A stretch of DNA of 64,000 nucleotides from Lingula anatina (lineage: Eukaryota > Animalia > Brachiopoda): assembly GCA_051362555.1 (NCBI GenBank), contig CM120640.1, positions 15,748,001-15,812,000 on the forward strand, in the 5' to 3' direction. Position 1 is the first letter of the stretch, and each line of letters opens with the position of its first letter. The notes beneath the pieces were generated by a model that ran no database searches, had not been told where the DNA came from, and worked only from the letters and a program-made list of their open reading frames with translations. Positions 38,511 to 51,361 of this stretch are shown here, piece by piece. Both the position numbers and the translations under genes were made by a program.

Positions 38511-41500
38511 ATCGAAAATTATGTTGTGGAGAAGGCTGTTTGGATGCATCACATTTACGTACATCAAGTGGTGACAGTATTAGCGAGACAGAAAGTGTTT
38601 CGGACAGCACATCTGATTAATTATTTAATAAATAACTCTTGCATTGCATTCTATACAAGGTCTTTATCACATACTTAATCATCTATGAAGTACTTTTTAT
38701 GTGATTTTTAGATTATTGGCCATAACTGTTATTATGTGTACTATATTTTCGTTCAGTTGTTACTTTTATCCTATCATTATTTTGGTACAATTTATACCTT
38801 GTTTATTTTATGGTTAATGGAAATATTCCAAATAGCTGTTTAGAGTGCTTTTACACATGATTTATTTTCGTTGTTACTATAACATCCTTTTGCTTTTAGC
38901 ATTTTTTACTATTCCTTAGAGCCTTGTACAAAATGTGTATTGGTTAACAATACAATTATTTAGACCAACAAATGCTGGTCTGTGAGAAAAGTTTACACCA
39001 CAAGACCAGTTTCATTAGAAAAAATCATTTATGTAATATATATGCTGAAACAAGCTGCTCTGATTTATTAGACTGCATACAACAAGTAAATCTGCCCCCC
39101 CACCCCCACACACACACACATATAACTCATTAAAAATACAAAGTTACGATGCCCCAAACCAAATAATGTTTTTTTTCACGGAATATATAAATATATACAT
39201 AAACTTTATAATATAAAATTATTTGACGATGGGAGTTTAATGCCAATCAATCTTCAACTTACAGGTAAGTCTCGTTAAATCTTTAAATTATGTTTAACAT
39301 GCGTATGCTGACTTTTATCAGGGTTTGGTACAAGTACCATGCACATGTACAGTATCTATACTGTGTATAATGAGCGTAATATCATGTTAAATCACGTTTA
39401 AAGACTTCGAAAAGTATTTCATCTACCAAACAAAACAAAAACGGGGTACAACTACATGTACTTGGGTAAATATGTCCGACTAGGACATCCAATTGTCTGC
39501 AGGCCCTTCGCAGGACTTTTAGTCCCAGGAAATTGTGTCCGAGGACATGCATTCAGGGCCGTAGCCTGAGCAAAATGCCATGAGGGGTAGTAAGCGGACA
39601 CGAGGGGGCGAAATTGTCAGAAATTGTCAGAAATTGTGGGTTCATTTTGCCATTAGTACAGTCATTGTTTTCAACACAACACGCCAATTGGACTTCATTT
39701 CGTAGATTGTCTCAGGATCAGGAATAACGTTTCTTCCTCTGTGGACAAGCAAGAGAGCCAATCCGCTAAGGTGTTCCTCTGCCATGCTTGTGCGTGGGCA
39801 AAGAGTCAGGGTAAACAATAACCTGATAACAGCCTGGGGGAGAGCTCCCTAAGGGAGGGTGAGCTTTTTGGCATGAACTGAGTTGGCTAAAAACAGTACA
39901 CCTTTGTAAACAGATTGTTGAATGATTGTCTAGTGGCCATGAGTGCATTTTCTCACAGAATTGAAAGCAACTTTGCATTTTTTTTTTACCTTTGCGATTA
40001 TTTTTTTTGCACCTCAAATCCCAGGAGTGGGGCAGCTGCCCCCTGCCCCCCCGGAGGCCACGAGGGGGGGGGGAGAGGGGGCAAGTTTATCTTCTAAATA
40101 GAGGCTATTCATCTGGATAGCCTAATTCGCTGAAGATGTTCTGATAGATATCGAAATATTGGAGGTAAACTCTTATTAAATAACGTTTAAAGACTTCTAA
40201 AACTATTTCATCTACAAAACAAAAACAATGATGGGATACAACTATTACTAGTCTAGTTGGGTAAATATGTCCGACTAGGACATCGACCTCTGTCTGAAGG
40301 ACTTAGAGTACCAAAATCACTGAGTATCCGCTGGACTTTTAGTCCTAGGAACCAGTGTCCGACGACATGCTTTCCTAGGAACGGGGGACCTAGGACACAC
40401 ATTCTCAGGGCAAAGTGCCCATAGGATATTCGTTCCCGTCACGCTGCTAAGGAGGCGGGGTTCTCTTCCTACATATGTACCTTCAATGTAGATTTCCTAT
40501 TAAACTGTGTTTTATTCTGTCCTGTTTTTAAATTGCCGTTTACAATATAGAACGCGTTTTATTTCTGATAATCGTCTAAACTAAAATCAACCTGAAAAAC
40601 CTTCGCTTACGAAGGACGATTAATGCTTTTTTAACAAGTTCTTTACGTGGTTTGAAACCTTAACCGTATCTGGCTTGGCTAGATCAACGTCTGCACAGCT
40701 GCTGAATTAACATAACTTATTTTAGTATTTTAGCTAAATGCGTCTTCTTTTTAAGCTCCCATTCAGAGAAGGTGATTTCTCGCACGCACCTTCTTGTGGC
40801 AGGTCCACTTGAGGCAATCTATAACAGATAATTGTTGGTAAAGCACGACTCTTAGATACATTTAACACAAACTGCAGTCGTTCCTGGGGCAAACTAAGAA
40901 TGTTCCACGCAATATTTATGGTTTAGTATTGTGAGCTGATGATAGGTTACCGTATTGTCTGAAAGGGTCTGAACGTTTATAATTGCTCTCCTCACATCGT
41001 TGGCATGCGTATCTCTTAAAAAAACTGTAATTTACTGTAACTGGCAGGCGTTAGACTTCATTTCTGTTCTGATAATAATCTAAACGATGCACTCCTTTGG
41101 TACGACTCGGCGTCGGTAGTTGCTTTAATAACTGTTATAACTGTAATAACTGTTATTAGGTACAAGCATTTAAAAGTCTAGAACTTGTACTGTAAAGTCT
41201 AAGACATTGCAGGATATGTTAAAGAGACAGTCTTCTTTTGGACACGTTTCTACATTTCTCTGAATTAATACATTTAACATTAGTTTTGTGCTTTGAAACC
41301 CGAAAAGCTGAGATGTATGATTTAAAAATTGTGGAAAAATGAATTAAATTATCACGTTTCATACCTTGCATTAAGCATTGACTGTCAGTGTGGGACAAAA
41401 CAAGATGAACTATAAAACTGTAATCTCACAATTCCAACACTAACAATACATGGCAAATGCACCGACAAGGTCACAAACGCTGATGGATATAAGTTTAACA

Positions 41501-42607
41501 CCAGATTTTAAGTGGGCTGAACAAATTCAACGTATGTATTTTAAGGCAAAGCTTCTTTAAGACAGCATAAAAGAGCAAATTTGGACTCGCACGGTTTAAT
41601 AACAATTTACAAATCAATTTCGTGTGTTGTCCTTTGGTGTTCCACTCATAAGCATATATTACACATCTCTGAAGCCATTACACTAAAAAAAAAAAAAGAA
41701 AAAAGAATAAATAAATTAATATTTTAAATATAAAAGAATTTGGTCGATGAAAATGTACCCATATTTAAATTTTTTTAATCACTGTAAAGTGAAATAATAC
41801 TCTATATATCTTTGTCTCCTCCATCGCAGTGTACCACAAACTTCCATACCAGTAGTCCCATTCACAACAAGAAAGAAGGCAACAAAGAATATCGATTGTT
41901 CGAGATTAGGCCAAACAAGGCCGCTTTTATTATGTAACCCCACTATTTTAATCGTTTTTGCAATTTTAACAATGTAACAATCTCATCACTCATCATCCTT
42001 TAAGATGCATACAAAGTCAATTTTTTGTCACAAAAACCAACCAAATGCCAGCATATAGTTTCAAGTAGTATAACTAAGAGAATTACCAAAAGGCATTGTT
42101 TAATTTTACCCAAAAATGACGTTTGAATGGGTTTTGCTGCTAGCCTTCTATGGGGCATAAAAGTAGGTCTTGAAAGTAGGTTAAATTTCCGACCAAAAAT
42201 TTAAAGAAAGGAGCAGTCTAAAGCTCTTTTATGGCTGATCGAGTGATATATTCGGTTTATCCCTTGGCATGGCGAATTTATTTGACTCGTATAAGAAACT
42301 AGTAGAAGTGGTTTACATGTGTTAATGGGAATCCACGCTCCACCAATGCTCGGTTCGTATGTACCTTTAAAATAATGATGTAACGAGCCAGCAAAAATTA
42401 TTAAAGAAACGATTTAACATTAATCCCTTTTTTCGGGTTTCATACAGATCGAATGAACTGCTAAAAAGTTCTCATCGAAGTAAAAACCGTTGAATTTTTT
42501 TAACTGAACATTTAAGTTGAAGGCTAGAGAAAACTTCTTGCTGAATCGTATCGTACGCGTAAACAGAACGACCCCCTGATATAAGAAGCAACATGTACCT
42601 CAATTTA

Positions 42608-42816
42608 GACTGCATTCCCACAGATTTTAGATCAAACTATCCCCGTGGGGAGTCTCACTAGATTACTGTCAGCTTAGACCGGTTTAAATGTCTGTCCCGC
42701 CTACTAAAAGGGGGTAATTAACTTCCGTGCGCGCTCAGCTGACAGCAATTTAGCGTGAAGCCCCAAGGAGTTAGGTCGATCCAGATGGACCGATCTAAAT
42801 CTGTGGGAATGCAGTC
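42608..42816. mobile_element. Harbinger-like MITE family M (cleanest copy)
   Basis: TTA|GACTGCATTCCCACAGATTT...AAATCTGTGGGAATGCAGTC|TTA: perfect 20-bp TIR and 3-bp TTA TSD. Confidence 0.85.
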
Positions 42817-43923
42817 TTAGACTACCCTTCTCAGGGACCACGGGATTCAAACTACTTCGCAAAATAAACAAATGGTCAAATTGACAAAGCCTCATTGGTG
42901 TTAACCGTCTGGTTGATTTTATTTAATTGGCTCTTTGGTGTCGTTTTGAGGAATTATATTGGAAACATTCTGTTGATTGTATGTACAATACATGTATTAA
43001 AAGGTAAACCCATCGGACTTTGCTTAGAATAAAATTCATTTTGCCTTTATTGTAAGGGATCCCCTTTGTAATTGTAGTCTTGTATGTGGCCCTAAAGGGA
43101 ATTTCGCACCCCTCCCCCACTCTTATTAACGAAAATACTACTTCTTGGCTAGTGTGAATGTTATTACAAAATACATTCAAAAACGTAGGAAGGTTCATTT
43201 TAGGTAATTCATATCAGAAAACCAATATATTCCGGCGAAATTAACTGACATAGCACGTTAATCTTTCACTTCCGCGATAGGACCGACAGATCTCATTTCT
43301 CGAAAGTGAGGCAATGACACTTATCTATAGGAGACGATTTATAGCCTCTTAACAATTGAATTTTTTAAAATAAAAATCGTGAAATTGGCTAAATCAAAAT
43401 ACATCTTGGTTACTATTGGGATCTTCAGTAATAATACATATAATCACATATAGTAAGAAAACCGCCATATTCGGCCTGTTTGTTAGAAAAATTGATAGTT
43501 TTAGAATATGGAGGCTAAAACCACCAGAGTTGTCTGGTTCTCATATCGAAGCACAATGTTTTGTTCGTATGCTCTCTCTCAGGGAAAATTAAGCATGTAC
43601 AGAATGCTCATGTGCGTAAATAAGCTCCGGATATTGTTGTCGCCATAAAATGCCGTTTGACAACGCCAAACTTCTCTCTGACTGGGTTCCCATGCCTAGA
43701 TCGATCCATCTGGATCGGTCTAACTCCATGGGGAGTCTCACTTAATTAATATCAACTTACCTGCTTAAATGTCTGTCACGCCTACCGAATCAGCCAGGGG
43801 GTGCAGATAATTACCCCCTAACAGCTTTACTAGGCCAGACAGACATTTAAGCCGGTTAAGTTGACAGCAATTTTGTGAGACTCTCCAGGGAGATAGATCG
43901 ATCTAAATATCTGTGGGAATGGT

Positions 43924-44016
<93 letters not shown>

Positions 44017-44021
<5 letters not shown>

Positions 44022-45418
44022 TGCAATTAATAAATAAATAAATAAACAAAAGACATGCAATTAACCCCGACTCCGAGTTTCACGGGCATACCCAGAAGGT
44101 ATGCCCGATCGTCAGGAGGTTTATTTGAAAATGGTTTTATTAGCCGTTTTTACATACACGGCGTGACGACACTTACGTCGCACGCCGTGTTAGTTACGTC
44201 ACTTTATGCCGACACATGGTAATTATTTCAGTTCTTTTATTTAGAGTATCTGGTGTTATCATTATTAACAGTTTTTCGTCCAAGCACAGGTTGCATAGAT
44301 GCTGATTCCTCCTTTGCGGCGCTGATTTCTTTATGATGTCCCATCTAATGTCATACTGGGTGTTATTTTCCGTTAATTTCCAAATGTATTTCGATAACTC
44401 AGTATCTGCAGCATATTTCTTGTCTCTAAATGACTTGGTATGATTATTGTATCTCAATTTAAATTGCCCACCACAAAGACCTATATATTTCATGCATTTG
44501 TCCTTAGTTGTAACTGATGCTTGGTACACAATGTTGCTAGACAAACATTCCCCTCTCAAAGGACACTTACTTGGAGCTCTACAATTACATTTCCTATCTT
44601 GAGTGTTAACTGACATGTTTTTGAGAATTTTTTTATTGTGACCGTGAATGATTTGCTGTATGTTTTTCATACAACAGTAACTTACTTTTACAGTCGATCT
44701 GTTGAATAATCGGTAAAGCTTGCTTCCGCGAGGGAAATGTTTATCTAGCAACTGGAGAAATATATGGCCGATTTTCGTTCTTACATTTTTCGAGTATGGT
44801 GGGTTGAACCAAGTAATTTTCCTGTTTCGTCTTTTCTTTTCACTGGGACGAGAGCTGCTAGCTTTAGAGTTATTACCTAACGACATTACGGTATAGCCCC
44901 CGGTTTGAAGCGCCGTCGTATATACGTTATCTGATCCTTCCGCTACCACCCCTTCAGACGAAAGGGATTGCAATCTTTCGCCGATGGCTTTAGGATTGTT
45001 CCTTATTATTGCGGGGGGGGGGGGGGTGATTTGAGTTTTTGTGAACATAAATCGGCTGGGCGTTCGGTTTTACGAACGGCCTGTGTTTCCCGGATTCAGG
45101 TTAGGTTAACATCAAGGAAGTTGACTGCTCTATCGTTGGTGGATACAGTGATGTTAAGGTCATAACTTTTGAAGAGCTTGACTAGATCCTTTCTGATGCT
45201 GTCAGCTTCACTTCCACCACAAGATTTCATCACGGCTAGTCCGTCGTCCCTATATAGTCCTACCGATGTGACGCACGCTGCTCTGCCGGGCTTCTTCGGC
45301 GGTACACATATTTCTTCCTGTATCCTATCTAGCAGGAATAATCCGACTAATTCACAAATTTCAGCGCCATCATAAGCTCCCATAGACACATCAAACTGTG
45401 AATCCCTATCCTTCCTAT
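44017..45418 (-). mobile_element. 5'-truncated Penelope-like retroelement (RT C-terminal half + GIY-YIG endonuclease), probably Naiad clade, frameshifted
   Basis: RT: FDVSMGAYDGAEICELVG...GLYRDDGLA...VNFLDV...(frameshift)PFVKPN..PIYVHKNSNHPP. Thumb and endonuclease: ITWFNPPYS...VKVSYCCM, CxCx5Cx5C (CNCRAPSKCPLRGEC), IVYQA...YIGLC...FKLRYNNH...ELSKYIW...CNLCLDEK...LNKRTE...CRH*. The 3' end abuts (TA)n. Confidence 0.92.
44063..44121 (-). ncRNA. Type I hammerhead ribozyme in the Penelope pseudo-LTR
   Basis: Minus-strand RNA: AACCUC-CUGACGA-UCGGGCAUACC(UUCUG)GGUAUGCCCGU-GAAA-CUCGGAGUC^GGGGUU. It has a complete core, 6-bp stem I, ~10-bp stem II, short palindromic stem III (ACUC-G-GAGU) and a GUC cleavage triplet at 44071-44069. 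Confidence 0.9.
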
Positions 45419-45439
45419 TAAGAACGAAAATCGGCCATA

Positions 45440-45537
<98 letters not shown>

Positions 45538-46107
45538 CATTCCCACAGATATTTAGATCGATCTATCTCCCTGGAGAGTCTCACAAAATTGCTGTCAACT
45601 TAACCGGCTTAAATGTCTGTCTGGCCTAGTAAAGCTGTTAGGGGGTAATTATCTGCACCCCCTGGCTGATTCGGTAGGCGTGACAGACATTTAAGCAGGT
45701 AAGTTGATATTAATTAAGTGAGACTCCCCATGGAGTTAGACCGATCCAGATGGATCGATCTAGGCATGGGAACCCAGTCAGAGAGAAGTTTGGCGTTGTC
45801 AAACGGCATTTTATGGCGACAACAATATCCGGAGCTTATTTACGCACATGAGCATTCTGTACATGCTTAATTTTCCCTGAGAGAGAGCATACGAACAAAA
45901 CATTGTGCTTCGATATGAGAACCAGACAACTCTGGTGGTTTTAGCCTCCATATTCTAAAACTATCAATTTTTCTAACAAATAGGCCGAATATGGCGGTTT
46001 TCTTACTATATGTGATTATATGTATTATTACTGAAGATCCCAATAGTAACCAAGATGTATTTTGATTTAGCCAATTTCACGACTTTTATTTTAAAAAATT
46101 CAATTGT

Positions 46108-46254
46108 TACCTTCTGGGTATGCCCGTGAAACTCGGAGTCGGGGTTAATTGCATGTCTTTTGTTTATTTATTTATTTATCAATTGCAATTGTGTACAAAT
46201 GCTCCGGACTGTTGAGCACTCTGTTCTACACTCACGCTTGGTATATATATATAT
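46108..46254 (+). mobile_element. Inverted partial Penelope pseudo-LTR with a 3' tail
   Basis: Reverse complement of 44017-44102. It begins inside hammerhead stem II, so it lacks CUGACGA, and is extended by ~50 nt of tail ending in (TA)n. Confidence 0.85.
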
Positions 46255-46868
46255 CTGCGTATAGGGGCCCACAGCACCTACTATTTTTTTATTTTATATA
46301 ATTAGCATGGATTATACGTTTAATCGTTGGTTAGTAATTCCAGTTCAAATATAATAATAAAATTATATTGAACCGCAAGATGCTGTTTATCTTCTCTCGA
46401 TTCTATCTGTTCATGAATTAAATGATAGCCTTTATTTCACTTTCGCCGAGAGTTAGAATAAATATAAATCCAATATTTTTATTTCCACGAATTAAATAAC
46501 CAGTGTTAGTTTGCTGACCCTGTTGTCCTTGCATATAAATTAATTCATTGTATGTAAAATTAAAGAAGAATTTTAGTTAGCGCGGGAGTAGCTAAAACTA
46601 TTCCAGTAGGCCTACTTATTATAACTGAATAAGTAAAATTTCTACTCCTTGAAGTATCTAGTATTTCATAATCATAAAAAGCCTTGTTGGAGTACAGGGG
46701 TATATTTGCATATACATGTATATACATGGTGAGAGAGCATTTTTTCATACAGTCGTTAACAGTGACAGACAGCACAAAAGTAACTGGGAGATAGTGTGGT
46801 TTGTCACACCGTATTCCACGTTGATAAGTAGGCGTGGTCAACAAAACAGTTTTTGCATGGTGACAGAC

Positions 46869-46902
46869 TATATAAACAAGCGGGTTTTTTACACGTTCAT
46901 TC
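46869..46902 (+). promoter_or_regulatory. TATA box + Initiator of the mucin-stalk gene
   Basis: TATATAAA at 46869-46876 and TCATTC (TCAKTY Inr) at 46897-46902, ~30-nt spacing, ~20 nt before ATG 46918. Confidence 0.6.
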
Positions 46903-46917
46903 TGGACAGTGTCAATA

Positions 46918-49900
46918 ATGTCTACAACAGAAGCACAGCTGAAGATGTGTTTGTCAGTGAAAGTGTTCGTGCATCTCTTTACTTTGTACATTTCTGTATC
47001 GTTGGGTGAGTGCTTGGAATACATGTAGGTTGTAACAAATTGCTGTTTACTCTGTATATTTTTGCCACTTACCGCTTAGATTTGTTGTAAGATATGATTA
47101 TTGCACAAAGTATAAAAATTATATGGGAGAATACAACACAAACAATCGTTTATCTATTCTTTTGCAGCCTACATATTTTTATTCAATTTTGATCATGTGG
47201 GATTTCCGCTGATATACATGTATTTACCACTTTATTGTATAACATCTAATGACCCAATATGTACAAAAACATCCATAAAATATTAATGTGAATTCACTTT
47301 TTTCTTTCAGTTCCACCAACCACTGTACAAGGACAGACAGGTAATAACACAACTTTTTACTCTCTCACTATATCAGAAATATATCAAAACACCACAATTC
47401 CCATTTATTTCAGAGAAGTGAATTTTATAACATAGTTTGTTCATTTTAGTTAAGTATTTGAAACAGAAAGTAACACTATGCACTCTTGTACTGATATATT
47501 TCTTGGAAAGTCATCTTACCGAATGTTTGGAATACAATATGAGACATCTCTTGAGAAAAATACATTTAAATTTTGTTTGGGATAACAATTAATGTTTTTT
47601 TATTAATTTTATTTAACCAGCTTGCTCAGAGCTGTATTTTTTTAGCGCGCCCACCCCCGGCACCACTTCAGCCAGTGATTGCGTCGCAGATTGTGGCGTT
47701 GCTTTTAACCTTACAGGGTGCTGTGGGACTGATGAGTATGCCAGCAGGTGCATCTGCTACCTCGATAGTAACCCTGTAAGTTGAACGTTTTTGTTGTTTT
47801 AAAGGCAAAAGAAACATAAATGCAAAAATAGGATAGCGTAGGATGTATACAGGTACTCCGTAAATGAGTAAAAATGTTTGTGGAAAAGGCCCTTTGTTAT
47901 CTTCGGATAAACTTACCAGATCGGAAAAACTTACCAAGCAAGGAAAACAACAACTTTATTTCTAGGACCAATAAAGATTCAATTAATGATCCGTTTACCT
48001 TTTTATACAGAGTAAGCAATAAAACTTTTTCCTGTAGACCATTCCTTATTCAAACACATTGCCCTGGCGCGTCAGCTAAATGAAATTTGAAGTATGTTTT
48101 TATGATATATCTATGGACAATCCAGTTAAATTGTTTTCAATGACATTGTAAACATGCATTCTTAGAAAAGGTGAATATTTAACAAATTTGCATATGTTGA
48201 CATAAAACCTGCTTACTGTAACATTTAACAATTCGATTGGAGGCGTTACGAATGCTCTATAAAGAGGATAAAGAGTAGCATTTCATAACTAAAGAAAAGT
48301 GTCGATAAATAAAATTAGTTTCTAGTTGGTGTTGCTTTTTTCTTTCAGTATGGTAACTGCGCAGAGAATACGACAGGTGAGCGTTTTATTATGTTAACTA
48401 GTAACAAGGTATATATTACACCCAAATGTAATGTTAAGGTGATATATCCCTTTAACTTGGACTGCTTACTTGCACTGCCAGGTTCAGACCATGTTCAGAC
48501 CAAATATCACAACTCGCATTCCTTGTTTTCAGCATCTACCACCACTGAGTCAACAAACACCGATTCGACCACCACCGAATCAACAACCACCGATTCTACC
48601 ACAACCGAGTCAACAACCACCGATTCTACCACTACCGAGTCAACTACCACCGAATCAACAACCACCGATTCTACCACAACCGAGTCAACAACCACTGATT
48701 CTATCACTACCGAGTCAACAACCACCGATTCTACCACTACAGAGTCAACAACCACCAATTCTACCACTACCGAGTCAACTACCACCGAATCAACAACCAC
48801 CGATTCTACCACAACCGAGTCAACAACAACCGATTCTACCACTACCGAGTCAACAACCACCGATTCTACCACTACCGAGTCAACTACCACCGATTCTACC
48901 ACTACCGAGTCAACTACCACCGAATCAACAACCACCGCGCCTACTACCGGTGAGTCTTATATCTTTTTTTAAGTAATTGAAGCACTTTAATACTACATGT
49001 TCATGTACAAAGCGGGAGGTAATTCTTTCAATCAACCATTAAAAAACGCATTATAGTGGGAATCCCCTTGCCTTCTTGTCTTGAAATTACAAATAAGGAG
49101 TTTTAATGCGTGATATTTATATATCAGTTTAAAGACTAAGGAATGCAGAATGATCCATCTTTATTTTTTTTCAGTGGCGCCCGATATCTGTTCGTCGGAT
49201 GCTACCCTCATTAAAGGCAGTGGCGGCACGGTGGCAGAGTATTATGTCAGAGTGAACCCCTGTACAGCTTTGTGCAGCAGTAAATATTCTACTGGCTTTT
49301 GGTCCACTGCACAGACGTACAGAGGTTGCTGTGGTAACAACATATGCTATTGTTCTTTAACGTCCGTTCTTTATTCTGTAAGTAATTTACCTCTATCATT
49401 AACATTTAACAACTAGTATAATAGTAAATGGACAAGTACAGACTTGACATTTAATATGGAATATTTTCTCCAAATCATAATTCATCAGTTTTTTTTTCCT
49501 ATTTTGCTGACTGATAAATGAAAATAAGGATTAAAATTGTGTTCTAAATCTTTTGATAATCTGTTCGATGTCATTGTGATATCAGTTCATTAATTGAATT
49601 CGCCAGTCAAGCAAACAATAATACATTACCTATTTTAAGTCAACAACCATTGAAAGCGATATTTTGAACACCCATATTTTCCAAATTATCTTCTTTAAAA
49701 GAGTTACACGCCCCACAAAGGCCCGTCATGTCAGTGTCTAGTCACAGCAATAATCGCTGTTACGCCAGCCCTCATCTTGCTGCTACCAGAGCTTTCAAGC
49801 GGCAAGGCATTCCTTAGGATAGGTTTTTAAAGTTTAATCTGGAATAAAATTCCAGGCAACTGTTAAAATTTGTCCAATTTGGTTCAGTTTTGTTGTAGGA

Positions 49901-51330
49901 CATGCAGGCCGTTGATTCGGCGAGTAATGACCTACCCACATATTGTATATGTGGTTCAAATATGGGGATCTTGATAACCAAGGTAGTTGCTCATTCCCTT
50001 GATTCTGTAAGTTATCTGCTATTAAAAGTGCTCTGTGTGAACCGGCAATCTCATCGTGCAACTTAAAATTGTTCTTAAGGTGCGACCTGTCAAATGATGG
50101 TCAAGTGGTTCCCAGAGTATTGCTTTATTGTACCACCAGCGTTGGCGTTTAGTTTAGTCCCGTCCGGTCCGTTCCGCCGGCTCCGCCGCCATGTTACCGT
50201 TACCGCTTCTCCTCCTAGACTACAAGGGCCTGCGTACCCATCTCTTGGATTTAGGTCACCTATAATCTCAACTCGCTCCACGTAAAATTTGGGCTTCATC
50301 GGTTTAGGGGTCTAGGTGTGGCGCTCATTGCAATGCACCCTTGTCCAAAATTGGCAAAATTAAATGCTAATTATCTACCATACCGAAGGAATTATGGGAA
50401 AAATTTCTATAGACGGCTGACCGAAAGTCATATGTGGAGATTTCAAATATGCTCTTGGATTTGACCTTTGACCTTTATTTCAAGGTCAAACGGGTCAAAA
50501 TTTCCGAAAAAAATTTTATTTGACTAATATTCAGAAACTACTCAGATCTAACCTATAATATTATTGGCAGGTGTTACCCTTCAGGTCATCTTTCATCTCC
50601 GTGAGTTTGGGGTCAATCGGTGCATTTTCACGGGAGTAGCCGCCATAAGTGACCGAAACTGAAAACTGTCTCTAATTCGGGAACCATTGGTGCTAGAGAC
50701 CTGTTCTTTTTTGCATTTTGTAGAGCATGCCAAGCCCAACACTGTAGGTGGTCTCCGTTTTTCTCCGTACGGTTTACGAGTTATGCTGAATCAAAAAGTA
50801 CATTGTGGTGGTGAAAGCAAAATGTGCAATACGGTAATGTATAATAAATTTTGAACTTCTGGAAAATAAAACATAAGGGTTGGCAAAGCAGACAACTTCT
50901 GGTCTAAAATGACATTATTTCATGAAATTTGAACATCTGGAACTTCTGAGCACCTCCCATTTCAAGAATTTCAACCAAAATGACCTTTTCTTTATTTCAA
51001 TTAATTTCTTCTGTAGGAAATTTATGGCACATTATTGTAACTCCAAAATTGTAACATTTAGTCCCTTATATCTCCAAAACTGGCAGAGATAGGCATATGC
51101 TGGCAATTTAACTGTGACCTTGAAATTGACCTTTGACCTACTTTTCACCATGAACTGAACTTTGCAAATTTTCGTTCCCTTTTATCTCCAAAACTGGCAG
51201 AGATACGCCAATAGTTACTATTGAACTTGAATAGGAAGTCATATACTGGCAGTTTACTGTGACCTTGAAATTGACCTTTGACCTACTTTTTACGATGATC
51301 TGAACTTTGATTGTAGCATTTTTAGTTATA

Positions 51331-51361
<31 letters not shown>

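Larger units (their letters stand above)
43350..46109. repeat. Near-perfect ~670-bp inverted duplication (43350-44016 vs 45447-46109) bracketing the Penelope-like element
   Basis: Each arm contains unique DNA, a family M MITE, (CT)n and (AT)n. I found only ~2 substitutions by eye outside the microsatellites. Confidence 0.92.

Noticed and set aside
40500-41260. Coding-like minus-strand stretch, and similar stretches at 60100-60900 and 62500-62760
   Set aside because: Multiple stops and no motif I could assign with confidence.
45096-45098. TGA in the Penelope ORF as selenocysteine (as in some Naiads)
   Set aside because: Homology continues in another frame (PESGKHRPFVKPN), so it is a frameshift by-product; it is not a Cys position.
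45446-45584. N-terminal part of the 162-aa RT ORF
   Set aside because: It is translated MITE and (CT)n(AT)n sequence from the inverted duplication, not part of the element's protein.
48470-48976. Pro/Gln-rich ORF (+) and Val-rich antisense ORF 48507-48935
   Set aside because: These are shadow frames of the 15-bp repeat. Splice phases and synonymous variation select the Thr-rich frame.
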